NCBI RefSeq assembly: GCF_963921235.1
Contig: NC_086097.1
Span: 30,072,001-30,136,000 of the forward strand
Direction of reading: 5' to 3'
From: Mobula hypostoma
Taxonomy: Eukaryota
DNA: 64,000 nucleotides
Under the pieces are notes generated by a model. It was given only the letters and a program-made list of their open reading frames with translations, had not been told where the DNA came from and searched no databases. Both the position numbers and the translations under genes were made by a program. Below are positions 48,345 to 61,199 of this stretch, one piece after another. Every line of letters starts with the position of its first letter. The stretch's first letter is position 1.

Positions 48345-51300
48345 GATAATTTTTTTTTCTTCGGCAGTTGAATGGGGCACAACTGCGCAAATGCGTGAAA
48401 GTCAGACCATGAGGCAGCGGGAGTGTTTAAAAGCCAGAAGATTAACGGAGCGGGCGACGTTGTAGCGGGCGAAGGAGTAGAGGGAGACAGAGTAGGAAGG
48501 CTTTGGCTCGAGAGGCTTCGGCGAGCTTCACTCCAAGTGAGGTAAGGCCGGGTAAGTTCCTTTAATTGATTTAATTACCTTAAGAGTAGGTAATGGAGGC
48601 AGCAGTTAGGGCAGTTCAGTGCTCCGTTTGCAGTATGTGGGAAGTCAGGGCAAGCACAATTGTCCCTGATGACTACACCTGTAAAAGGTGCATCCAGCTG
48701 CAGCTCCTGACAAACCGAGTTAGGGAACTGCAGCTGGAGATGGATGAACTACGGATCATTCGGCAGGCAGAGGCAGAAATAAACAGGAGTTACAGGGAGA
48801 TAGTTACCCCTAAGAGTCAGGAGACAGGTAGCTGGGTGACTGTCAGGAGAGGGAAGGGGAATAGACAGAATGAGCAGAGCACCCCTTTGGCCGTTCCCAC
48901 CAATAATAAGTATATGGGGACGACCTACCAGGGACAAGTTGCAGTGGTTGCATCTCTGGCACCGAGTCGGGACCCTCAGCTCAGAAGGGAAGGAGAGAAA
49001 AGAGGAGAGCAGTAGTGATAGAGGATTCGATAGTTAGGGGGACAGATAAGAGGTTCTGTGGAAGAGATCGAGAATCCCATATGGTCTGTTGCCTCCCTGG
49101 TGCCAGGGTCTGCGATATCTCGGATTGAGTTCTCAGTATTCTCAAGAGGGAGGGTGAGCAGCTGAATGTCGTGGTCCATGTAGGGACCAATGACGTGGGT
49201 AGGAAGAGTGAGGAGGTCCTGAAAGGTGAGTTTAGGGAGTTAGGCGCCAAGTTAGAGGACAAGACCTCCAGGATAGCAATCTCAGGATTGCTACCAGTGC
49301 CACGTGCAGGCGGGTTCAAAAATAGTAAGATGGCGCAGATCAACACGTGGCTGAAGACATGGTGCAGGAGGGAGGGCTTCAGATTTATAGATAATTGGGC
49401 AGTTTTCCAGGGAAGGTGGGACCTGTTCCAGTGGGACGATTAACATCTGAACTGGAGGGGGACAAATATTCTTACAGGTAGGTTTGCTAGAGAGGCTCCT
49501 GTGGATTTAAACTAGATACGAGGGGGGAGGGGAACCAGAGAGTAGGAACAGGTGTAGGGGAGAAGAAAGAAAAATAGTAAAGTTATTTGCACCGTTAGTG
49601 ATAAATAGAGAGTAAGAGGTGGAAAATTTCTTAAATGCATTTATTTTAATGCTAGGAGCATTATAAGAAAGGTCAATGGGCTTAAAGCATGGATGTCCAA
49701 TCCCTATACACCTCCATTCCCCATGAAAAAGGCCTCAAAGCCCTCCACTACTTTCTGGATAATAGACCTCACCAGTTCCCCACCACCACTACCCTCCTCC
49801 GGTTGGCAGAACTGGTTCTCACACTCAATAATTTCTCTTTTGGCTCTTCCCACTTTCTTCAGACCAAGGGTGTAGCTATAGGAACTCGCATGGTCCCTAG
49901 CTATGCCTGCCTCTTCATTGGTTATGTGGAACAGTCTGTGCTCCAAACCTATTCTGGTACTACTCCCCAACTTTTCCTTTGGTACACTGACGACTACATT
50001 GGTGCTGCTTCCTGCACCCATGCTGAGCTCGTCAATTTCATCGACTTTACTTCTAACTTCCACCCAGCCCTCAAATTCACTTGGTCTATCTCAGACACTT
50101 CTCTCCCCCTTTCTTGATCTCTCGGTCTCCATCTCTGGAGACAGACTGTCCACTGACATCTCCTACAAGCCCACTGACTCTCATAACTACCTCAACTATA
50201 CCTCTTCCCACCCTGCCATATGCAAAAGTGCCATTCCCTATTCCCAGTTCATCCGTCTCCGCCACATCTGCTCCAAGGATGAGGTTTTCGGTTCCAGGAC
50301 ATCTCAAATGTCTTCTTTCTTTAAGGATCGTGGTTTCCCTTCTGCTATCATCAGTGATGCCCTCACCTGCATCTCCTCCATTTCCCGCACTTCGGCTCTC
50401 ACCCCTCCTCCCGCCACCACAACAGGGACAGAGTTCCCCTTGTCCTCACCTACCACCCCACTAGCCTCCGGATCGAACACATTATCCTCCGCAACTTCCG
50501 CCACCTTCAACAGGACCCCACCACTAAGCACATCTTTCCCTCTCCACCCCTCTCCGCCTTCCGCAGGGATCGGTCCCTCCGCAACTCCCTGGTCCACATG
50601 TCCCTCCCCACGGATCTCCCACCTGGCACTTATCCCTGTAAGCGCAAGTGCTACACCTGTCCCTACACCTCCTCCCTTGCCACCATTCAGGACCCCAAAC
50701 AGTACTTCCAAGTGAGGCAACACTTCACTTGTGAGTCTGTTGGGGTCATCTATTGCATTCGGTGCTCCCAGTGCGGCCTCCTCTATATCGGTGAAACCCG
50801 ACGCAGATTGGGGGACCGCTTCGTCAAGCACCTCCGCTCCGTCCGCCAAAACAGACAGGATCTCCCAGTAGCCACCCACTTCAACTCTGCTTCCCACTCC
50901 CATTCAGACATGTCCATACATGGCCTCCTCTACTGCCATGATGAGGCTAAACTCAGGTTGGAGGAGCAACACCTCATATACTGTCTAGGTAGACTCCAGC
51001 CCTTTGGTATGAACAGAGAATTCTCCAACTTCCGGTAATTCCCTCCCCCTCCCTTCTCCTATCCCTATGTCACTCTGTCCCCTCCCTCAGCTGCCTACCA
51101 CCTCCCCATGGTCCCGCCTCCTTCTACTACCCATTGCATTTTCCCCTATTCTTTCTTCACCTTTCCTGCCTATCACCTCCCTGCCTCCCTTCCCCCACCC
51201 CTTTATCTTTCCCCTTACTGGTTTTTCACCTGGAACCTACCAGCCTTCCCCTTCCCACCCTCCCCCCACCTTCTTTATAGGGCCTCTGTCCCTTCCCCCT

Positions 51301-54288
51301 ACAGTCCTGACAAAGGGTTCTGGCCCGAAACATCGACTCATCGTTTCCACGGATGCTGCCCGACCTGCTGAGTTCCTCCAGCGTGTTGTGAGTGTTGCTT
51401 TGACCCCAGCATCTGCAGATTATTTTGTGTTTAAAGCATGGATTGATACCTGGAAGTATGGTGTGGTAGCTATTAGTGAAACATGGTTGCAGGAGGGGTG
51501 TGATTGGCAACTAAATATTCCTGGATTTCAGTGCTTCAGGTGTGATAGAATTGGAGGGACAAGAGGGGGAGGTGTTGCATTGCTTGTCAGAGAAAATATT
51601 TTAGCAGTGCTCTGGCAGGACAGATTAGAGGGCTCATCTAGGGAGGCTATTTGGGTGGAAATGAGGAATGGGAAAGGTGTAGTAACACTTATAGGGGTGT
51701 ATTATAGACCACCTAATGGGGAGCGAGAAGTGGAAGAGCAAATTTGTAAGGAGATAGCAGATACTTGTAGTAAGCACAAGGTTGTCATTGTGGGGGATTC
51801 TAATTTTCCACACATAGACTGGGAAGCCCATACTGTAAAAGGGCTGGATAGTTTGGAGTTTGTAAAATGTGTGCAGGTTAGTTTTTCGCAGCAATACATA
51901 GAGGTACCAACTAGAGAAGGGGCAGTGTTGGATCTCCTGTTAGGGAATGAGATAGGTCAGGTGACGGAGGTATGTGTTGGGGAGCACTTTGGGTCCAGTG
52001 ATCACAATGCTGTTAGTTTCAACATAATAATGGAGAAGGATAGGTCTGGACCCAGGATTGATATTTTTGATTGGAGAAAAGCTAACTCTGAGGAGATGTG
52101 AAAGGATTTAGAAGGACTGGATTCAGACAAATTGTTTTATGGGAAGGATGTAATAGAGAAATGGAGGTCATTTAAAGGTGAAATTTTGAGGGTACAGAAT
52201 CTTTATGTTCCTGTTAGGTTGAAAGGAAAGGTTAAAAGTTTGAGAGAGCCATGGTTTTCAAGGGATATTGGAAACTTGGTTCAGAAAAAGAGAGATATCT
52301 ACAATAAATATAGGCAACATGGAGTAAATGAGGTGTTCGAGGAATATAAAGAATGTAAAAAGAATCTTAAGAAAGAAATTAGAAAAGCTAAAAGAAGATA
52401 CAAGGTTGCTTTGGCAAGTAAGGTGAAAATAAATCCAAAGGGTTTCTGCAGTTATATTAATAGCGAAAGGATAGTGAGGGATAAAATTGATCCTTTAGAG
52501 AATCAGAGTGGACAGCTATGTGTGGAACCAAAAGAAATGGGGGAGATTTTGAACAATTTCTTTTCTTCGGTATTCACTAAGGAGAAGGATATTGAATTGT
52601 GTAAGGTAAGGGAAACAGGTAGGGAAGTTATGGAAACTATGATGATTAAAGAAGAGGAAGTACTGGTGCTTTTAAGGAATATAAAAGTGGATAAGTCTCC
52701 GGGTCCTGACAGGATATTCCCCAGGACCTTGAGGGAAGTTAGTGTAGAAATAGCAGGGGCTCTGACAGAAATATTTCAAATGTCATTAGAAACAGGGATG
52801 GTGCCGGAGGATTGGCGCATTACTCATGTTGTTCCATTGTTTAAAAAAGGTTCTAAGAGTAAACCCAGCAACTATCGGCCTGTGAGTTTGACGTCAGTGG
52901 TGGGTAAATTGACGAAAAGTATTCTTAGAGATGGTATATATAATTAACTGGATAGACAGGGTCTGATTAGGAACAGTCAACATGGATTTGTGTGTGGAAG
53001 GTCATGTATGACAAATCTTACTGAATTTTTTGAAAAGGTTACTAGGAAAGTTGACGAGGCAAAGCGGTGGATGTTGTCTATATGGACTTCCGTAAGGCCT
53101 TTGACAAGGTTCCACACGGAAGGTTAGTTAGGAAGGTTCAATCGTTAGGTATTAATATTGAAGTAGTAAAATGGATTCAGCAGTGGCTGGATGGGAGACA
53201 CTAGAGAGTAGTGGTGGATAACTGTGTGTCAGATTGGAGGCCGGTGACTAGTGGTGTGCCTCAGGGGTCTGTACTGGGTCCAATGTTGTTTGTCATATAT
53301 ATTAATGATCTGGATGATGGGGTGGTAAACTGGATTAGTAAGTATGCAGATGGTACTAAGAAAGGTGGCTTGTGGATAATGAAGCAGGTTTTCAAAGCTT
53401 GCAGAGAGATTTAGGCCAGTTAGAAGAGTGGGCTGAAAGATGACAGATGGAGTATAATGCTGATAAATGTGAGGTACTACATTTTGGTAGGACTAAACAA
53501 AATAGGACATACATGGTAAATGGTAGGGTATTGAAGGATGCAGTAGAACAGAGGGATCTAGGAATAATGGTGCATAGTTCCCTGAAGCTGGAATCTCATG
53601 TGGATAGGGTGGTGAAGAAAGCTTTTGGTATGCTGGCCTTTATAAATCAGAGCATTGAGTATAGGAGTTGGGATGTAATGTTAAAATTGTACAAGGCATT
53701 GGTAAGGCCAAATTTGGAATATTGTGTACAGTTCTGGTCACCGAATTATAGGAAAGATGTCAACAAAATAGAGAGAGTACAGAGAAGATTTACTAGAATG
53801 TTTCCTGGATTTCAGCACCTAAGTTACAGAGAAAGGTTGAACAAGTTAGGTCTTTATTCTTTGGAGCGTAGAAGGTTGAGGGGGGACTTGATAGAGGTGT
53901 TTAAAATTATCAGGGGGATAGATAGAGTTGACGTGGATATGCTTTTTCCATTGAGAGTAGGGGAGATTCAAACAAGAGGACATGAGTTGAGAGTTAGGGG
54001 CAAAAGTTTAGGGGTAACATGAGGGGGAACTTCTTTACTCAGAGAGTGGTAGCTGTGTGGAACGAGCTTCCAGCAGAAGTGGTAGAGGCAGGTTCGATAT
54101 GGTCATTTAAAGTAAAATTGGATAGCTATATGGACAGGAAGGAAATGGAGGGTTATGGGCTGTGGGCTGTATGCGGGTCAGTGGGACTAGGTAAGAGTAA
54201 GCATTCGGCACGGGGTAGAAGGGCCAAGATGGCCTGCTTCCATGCTGTAATTGTTATATTGTTATATGGTTATTATATGGTTATAGGT
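48345..54288 (+). mobile_element. Near full-length CR1 LINE interrupted by a PLE
   Basis: 5' UTR; ORF1 from 48593 (CSVCSMWE, VHVGTND); ORF2 [22 protein letters not shown]; (GTTATATG)-type tail. Confidence 0.93.
49695..51430 (+). mobile_element. Penelope-like element (RT core through GIY-YIG), frameshifted; decayed hammerhead at 51303-51338
   Basis: DVQSLYTSIPH, QTKGVAIG, YTDD, GVIYCIRC...YIGET; exact 13-bp TSD ttaaagcatggat at 49682-49694 and 51431-51443. Confidence 0.95.
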
Positions 54289-54389
54289 AAAGACTTGGCC
54301 TCCACAGCTGCCCGTGATAATGAATTCCACAGATTCAACATGCTCTAACTAAAGAAGTTCCTCATCTCCAGCCTAAAAGGATGCTCTAC

Positions 54390-55235
54390 TCTAAACACAC
54401 CTAACAAACTCCACCCCATCTAAACCCCTCGCTCTTGGGAGATGCCAATCAATATTTGGGAAATTAAAATCTCCCACAACAACCCTGTTACTATTACACC
54501 TTTCCTGAATCTGTCTCTCTATCTGCTCCTCGATGTCTCTGTTACTATTGGGCGGCCTATAAAAAACACCCAGTAGAGTTATTGACCCCTTCCTGTTCCT
54601 AACCCACCCACAGACACTCCATAGACAATCCCTCTATGACTTCCTCCTTTTCTGCAGCCGTGACATTTTCTCTGATCAACAGTGCCACACCTCCACCTCT
54701 TTTGCCTCCCTCCCTATCCTTTTTGAAACATCTAAAGCCTGGCACTCGAAATAACCATTTGTGCCCCTGAGCCATCCAAGTCTCTGTAATGGCCAAAACA
54801 TCATAGCTCCAAGTACCGATCCATGCTCTGAGCTCATCCGTTTTATTCATAATACTCCTTGAATTAAAATAGACACATCTCAAACCATCGGTCTGAGCGC
54901 ATCCCCTCTCTATCACCCGTCTATCCTCCCTTTCACACTGTCTCCAAGCTTTCTCTATTTGTGAGCCAACCACCTCTTCCTCCATCTCTTTAGTTCAGTT
55001 CCCACCCCCCAGCAATTCTAGTTTAAACTCTGCCCAATAGCCTTAGCAAACTTCCCTGCCAGGATATTGGTTCCCCTCGGATTCAAGTGCAACCCATCCT
55101 TTTTGTACAGGTCACACCTACCCCAAAAGAGGTCCCAGTGATCCAGAAATCTGAATCCCTGCCCCCTGTTCCAATCCCTCAGCCATGCATTTATCCTCCA
55201 CCTCACTCTATTCCTATAGTCACTGTCACTATTCC
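54390..55235 (-). mobile_element. CR1 internal fragment (ORF1 end and ORF2 start), family of 4416-8980
   Basis: DGLHLNPRGTNILAG..SLN*; CVYFNSRS, ITETW. Confidence 0.88.
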
Positions 55236-55239
55236 TATT

Positions 55240-55512
55240 GTCAGGTCACTCGTCTGAGTGCTACTGGTACCATGTAACCCAGTACTACCTGTCACATGGT
55301 CGGGTGGTCAGTGACTAAACCGGCTCCCCCACCAGGCTTGCCTGGTGAGGAGGGGGGCTAGACACCCTGCAGGATGAAAAACAAGACCTGTCAAAGGGCA
55401 GATGAACCCTCCCGTAGGGTCAATAGCCATCTAGCAAACACATGCCGTGAAGCACGGAAAGGGCATCCCTTGCATCGAAGCATGGTCTGGCCATTCACTG
55501 CAACAGAAATTC
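55240..55512 (+). mobile_element. Probable RTE-type LINE 5'-UTR-like repeat fragment
   Basis: GC-rich structured segment; shares ggccattcactgcaac with the minus-strand repeat at 58190-58620; family call from recall only. Confidence 0.35.
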
Positions 55513-55518
55513 AGATAG

Positions 55519-55581
<63 letters not shown>

Positions 55582-55590
55582 GACAGGACA
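55513..55590. repeat. Compound microsatellite (GATA)n(GA)n(GACA)n
   Basis: Read directly. Confidence 0.95.
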
Positions 55591-57519
55591 GGACATCCAT
55601 GGTGAAAATAAAGCGGTGGGGGCCAGGGAACTTAAAATCATCGAAAAATATTTTTTATTTAGCAATACAGCACTGAGTAGGCCCTTCTAGCCCTTTGAGT
55701 CACACCGCTGTAGAAATCCCCAACAACCCCAATTTAACCCTAACTTAATCAGCATGACAATTTACTATGACCAATTAACCTACCAAGTATGTTACTGGAC
55801 TGTGGGAGAAAACCTGAGCACCCGGAGAAAATATGTGCATTCCATGGGAAAGACATACAGAAACTCCTTACAGATGGCGCTAGAATTGAACTCCCACATC
55901 CCAAGCTGTACTGGCACTGCACTAACCACTACACTATGCAACTGTGGTGCTTCTCTTTGAAGCGAAGGAGGTGACTTGATAGGGGTGTACAAGATGATAA
56001 GAGACACAAATAGAACGGACAGCCAGAGACTGTTTTTCCCCCAGGAGGGTATAACTTTAAGCGGATTAGAGGAAAGAATAGGGGATGTCAGAGACAAGCT
56101 GTCAGGGGTGGTGCTAGAGGAAGATACATTAGGGACATTTAGGAGACTCTTTGAGAAGCACATGGATGATAGAGTAATAGAGGGCTACTTAGGAGGAAAG
56201 GGTTAGATTGATTTTAGAGTAGGTTAAATGGTTGGCACAACATTGTGGACCAAAGGGCCTGAATTGTGCTGCATGTTTGATGTTCTATGGAACCACTGTG
56301 GTCTACAACTTCTCAACAATTTGACTTTGGAAATTAAAAACAATTTCTAAATTTAAGATAATACAAGTTGGAGAAATATTTCATGTTGAGGAGTAAAGTA
56401 ACAAACTATGTTAAAAGTATGAAGGACAGACATATGATTGTACTTGATCATATAATCAAAGACCCACGCAGCCTAGACATTCTCTTCCTCAAACCCACTT
56501 ACCCAAGATATTCTCTCTTCCCCCACCCCCAAAATTGAGCAGGAGGTACAAAATCCTGTATCACCACCTTTTGCCCAGCTCAAGTATAGCTTCCAGCCTG
56601 CTGTTATGAGACTACTGAATGGGTCTCAGTTGAGGCCGGTTCAGTGGCTATATTTAAGAGGGAGTTAGATATGGCCCTTGTGGCTACGGGGATCAGGGGG
56701 TATGGAGAGAAGGCTGGTGCAGGGTTCTGAGTTGGATGATCAGCCATGATCATAATAAATGGCGGTGCAGGCTCGAAGGGCCGAATGGCCTACTCCTGCA
56801 CCTATTTTCTATGTTTCTATGTCTCCAGTACAATTAGATGGACTCTTGACATCACCTTCTCCCTCATTAAGACCTTGCACCTCATTGTCTACCTGCACTG
56901 CACTTTCTCTGTAACTATAACACTTCATTCTGCATTATGTTAATGGTTTTCTCTGTTTCCCAACCTTTTTTATGCCATGGACTAATATCATTCAGCAAAA
57001 GGTCCGTAGATCCTAAGTTGGGAACACTTGCCCTAGTACTACCTTAGTGCGCTGTTGTGATGAAATGATCTGTATCGATGACATGCAAAACAAAGTTTTT
57101 CACTGTACTAAACCAACTTATCAAACGGATTTCAAGGAGTGGGCCAAAAAACTCCTAAAGCCTGCTCTGCCACTCAGTGAGATCATAGCTCATCCAATCT
57201 TGTGTTCAACTCCCTTCCTCTCCCTGTATACCTTAAGTTCCCAGCAGGTTTAGATTCAGATTGAGATTTATCATATGTATATTGAAACATAAAGTGAAAT
57301 GCATTGTTTGTATCAACGACCAACACACCCAACGATATGCTGGGGGCAGTCAAATGTAACCACACGTTCCAATGCCTATAGAGTTTGTCCACAAATTTCA
57401 GCAAAACAACACAAGCAACAACAACAAAACAACATCAACATCAAAATAAATCTCTTTCACACCCACTCACACACACAGACAGGCCACCTCCTGGTCTCCA
57501 GCTCTTGGCCCCAGATTGC

Positions 57520-57815
57520 AGACATTGGGCCTTCAACCTCCAGTTGCTGACCCAGACTTGCAGAAATTTGGCCTCTGATCCCCAGACAAGCTGACCAAGG
57601 GCCTTCAACCTTCATGTCTCTACCTCAGGACTCACTGACTTCAGTCTTTCTATCTCTGGACTCACTGAGCTCTGGACTTTGACCTTTGGCTATGCTCTCC
57701 AGATCTTGCCAACCTCTGGGTTTTGACCCCAGGGCTTGCCGATCACAGGTTTTGACCTTTGGGCCTCAATCCTGGGACTTGCCGATCATGGGACTTTGAA
57801 CACAGGCTTTGACCC
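57520..57815. repeat. Degenerate minisatellite-like tract
   Basis: Recurring units such as gggccttcaacct, ggactcactga, cttgccgatca and tttgacc. Confidence 0.55.
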
Positions 57816-58954
57816 CACATCTTCCTTAGTACTTGTACCCGCATGGAACATCTTGTGTTTCATGCACTAGGTCCGTAGGTCCCTTTGTACTGCAGCATTC
57901 TGTAATTTTACTCTTTAATTAATAATTTCCTTCTCCATTCTTCCTTCTAAAGTGTATTAACCTATTTTCCCACATTTTATTCCATTTGCAAATCCCATTA
58001 CACGCTCGTGTCCTCTTTACAGCTTGCTAAGTCATCTATTCTTACTTTGTTAGTAAATTTAGCTACAGTACAATTAGCTCCTTTAAGAATCTAGTGAAGA
58101 TAATGGACTCCTCATACAATGCTTTAACAAATTATGCATTTAAATGAAATGTTGAAAAAATTGGAACACTACCAATACTTTCTGTGGTTGTCTGTCGTAT
58201 TTGACAATGACAGGAAACCTGTATGGGAGAGTTTTTAAAGTGGAAAAGCCGTTGCGCTGGGGCAGTCCCACTGTCTTGACCTCAGAAGTCCAAGTCCAAT
58301 GGTACGAGTATACGTTACAACTGGGGTCTTCCTTGGTTGCAGTGGATGACCATAACTTCTGTGCCTTGTCATGCCCTTCGTTCTCCATGGAGTGTTACAG
58401 AACCACCTTCCAGTCCATTAGATCTCATCTGCCCAGTCCACTGGAGCTGACTTCACATGCTAGAACAGGCATGTTCCTATCTCACAAGGGTATGAAACCC
58501 GCCAGCCACCCTCACCTGGTTTTGCCCACCTGTCGAAGTGCTGTACTGAGCAATGGCAGCTATCACTTGTAAAAAGCTACTGAAATCCACAGGTGAAAGC
58601 TGAGTACCTGGCAGTAACAAAGGTAACATTCAAGATTGTTGATACCTTTAAATTCTCTGTAGTTCCTAACTTGTTGAAGTAGTGAAATTGTTTTATTTTC
58701 AATCCCAGCTGTTTCAGGCATCTCCAAGCCTCAATGCTTGAAATCGTGGTGAGAAAAACAGTTCAGAATTGTCTTACTGCTTATTTCTTACAAACTATCA
58801 GTGACAAAATCAGTCACAGCTTTTTGAACACACGACACGCAACTTACACTCTTTCAAAACTATTTGTTCTACGTACTGTGTAGTCTAACAGCCACACAAG
58901 CGCACACAACTGACTCTAGTTAGAACCTGTTTGGCAAGTCTCCTACCCCAATTA

Positions 58955-59580
58955 TTAGATTAGATTAGATTATGAAGACACGCAGTCCTCTTATTGTCAT
59001 TTAGTAACGCATGCATTAAGAAATGATACAATATTTCCTCCGGTGTGATATCACAAAACACAGGACAGACCAAGACTGAAAAAAACTAACAAAACCACAT
59101 AATTATAACAGATAGTTACAACAGTGCAACAATACCATAACTTGATGAAGAAGTCCATGAGCACAGTAAAAGCCCAAAGTCTCTCAAATGTCCCACATCT
59201 CACGCAGACGGGAGAAGGAAGAAAAACTCTCCCTGCCATACCCGACCTCGGTCCGACTCTGAGTCATCCGAAAACTTCGAGCTCTGATCAGCTCTCCGAC
59301 ACCGAGTACTGAGCGCCATCTCTATCCAAACGATTCGACCTCCATCTTGGTCGCCAACAGCAAGCAAAGCCAGGGATTCTGAGGCCTTCCCTGCGAAAGA
59401 TTCCCGACCACGCAGTAACGACAGAAGCGAACGAGCATTTCAGAAATTTTTCCAGATGTTCCTCTGTGCTTTCACGTCCATCTCCATCAAATCAGAATTG
59501 TCCATTGCCCCTATTTAACGGATATGATATCATTTTTCACTGGAGGCCTGCGCACGCGCGGCGCTCTCTCTCCTCCTGCC
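58955..59580 (-). mobile_element. Short non-coding retroelement with Rex-like 3' end and (AATCT)n tail, inserted in a DNA-transposon remnant
   Basis: attagattagattagatt at 58954-58971; minus-strand ...atgacaataa; CpG-rich 5' end at 59545-59580. Confidence 0.6.
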
Positions 59581-59714
59581 GTTATGAGGCAGAGTGTTCC
59601 AAATAAACAAGGGGAATCCCATCAGTTTTGTTGATTTGTTTTAGTTCTTTAAAAGCTATCCCAAATAAGTGGCTGCCCCAATTAACCGATGGCCCAATTA
59701 ACCAGAATCCACTG
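59581..59714 (-). mobile_element. Tigger/pogo-like DNA transposon terminus
   Basis: Minus strand TA|CAGTGGATTCTGGTTAATTGGGCC with repeated TTAATTGGG motifs; opposite TIR not seen. Confidence 0.45.
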
Positions 59715-59739
59715 TATATAAAAAAATAAAGTCAAACAA

Positions 59740-61199
59740 CTCATTAATATAGATTGTATGTGGTTTGAGGCCATCATAGCACTGATCCTTGGGGAACCTC
59801 ACTAGTTACTGACTGCTCAATATCAGTATGTTATCCCAAGTCTACTCCCTCTTTGTACTTTACCCTTTATACTGGTACCTTGTGGAATGCCTTTGGAAAC
59901 ACAACTGCACTAATCTACTGAATTCCTATACCATGTTTGTTTGTATCATCTTCAAGGAACTTTAGTCAGTTTGTCTAACATGATTTCTCCTTCATAAACT
60001 CCAGCAGGTACATCCTTCGATATGGGGTCCAAAAGTGCAGTCTGACCAATCCTTTATGCCTTATAAAGCCTCAGCATTACACTCTTTCTTTTTTATTGCA
60101 TTCCTCTTGAAATGAATGCTAACATTGCATTTGCCTTCCTTACTACTGACTCAACCTGCAAGTTAATCTTTTGCGAATCCTACATTAGGATTCCCTAGTC
60201 CCTTTGCTTGAGCCACTTCAAAACTTTCCTCTCGAAACTGACTCAACCTGCAAGTTAATCTTTAGGGAGTCCTACAATAGGATTCACTGATCCCATTGCA
60301 CATCTGATTTCTGAATTTACTCCCCGTTTAGAAAATAGTTTAAGCCTTTATTCCTTCTACCAAAGTTCATAAAACCATAAGATATAGGAGCAGAATTAGG
60401 ACATTTGGCCCATCAAATCTGCTCCGCATTTTCATCATGGCTGATCCAATTTTCTTCTCAGCCCCAATCTCCTAGCTTCTCCCCATATCCCTCCATGCTC
60501 TGACCAATCAAGAATCTATCAATTTATGCATAAAATATACATAAAGAGTTGGTCTCCACAGCTGCCTGTGGCAACACATTCCACAGATTCACCACTTTCT
60601 GGCTAAAGAGATTCCTCCTCATCTCCATTCTAAAAAGCCCACCCCTCTATTCTGAGGATGTGTCCTTTAGTCTTAGACTCTCCCAATATAGGAAAGATCC
60701 TCTCCACATCCACTCTATCAAGGACTTTCACTATTCGATAGGTTTCAATGAGGTCACCCCTCATTCTTCTGAATTCTAGCGAATTAACACTCTTCATACA
60801 ACAAGCCATTCAATTCTGGAAGCATTTTCATGAACCTCCTTTGAACCCTCTCCAGTTTCAGCACATCCTCTCTAAGATAAGGTGCCCAAAACTGCTCACA
60901 ATACTCCAAGTAAAGCCTCACCAGAGCTTTATAAAGTATCAACATTATATCCTCGCTTTTATAATCTCTTCCTCTTCAAATGAATGCTTACTTCGCATTT
61001 GACTTCCTTACTACAGACTCAAAATGCTAATTTACCTTCAGGGAATCCTGCACCAGGACTCCCGAGTCCCTTTGCATCTGAGATTTTTTGTATTTTTTTC
61101 TCCATTTAGAAAATAGTCAACCCTTTTATTTTTTCTACCCCCGTGCATGACCATACACTTCCTGACACTGTATTCCATCTGCCATGTCCTTGCCCATTC
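59740..61199 (-). mobile_element. Two adjacent decayed CR1 fragments
   Basis: EWARTWQMEYSVRKCMVMH; 3' tail ccataagatatagg at ~60375. Confidence 0.8.

Noticed and set aside
51067..52101. 344-aa ORF running from the PLE 3' UTR into the CR1 endonuclease
   Set aside because: Chance in-frame fusion across an insertion junction; low-complexity N-terminus, GDFN degraded to GDSN, premature stop
57520..57815. CRISPR-like repeat-spacer array
   Set aside because: Eukaryotic context, irregular degenerate units, no unique spacers or cas genes
58500..58620. HDV-like ribozyme on the minus strand (ctttcacctg pairs with caggtgaggg)
   Set aside because: One long-range helix is visible but P1, P3 and L3 could not be assigned
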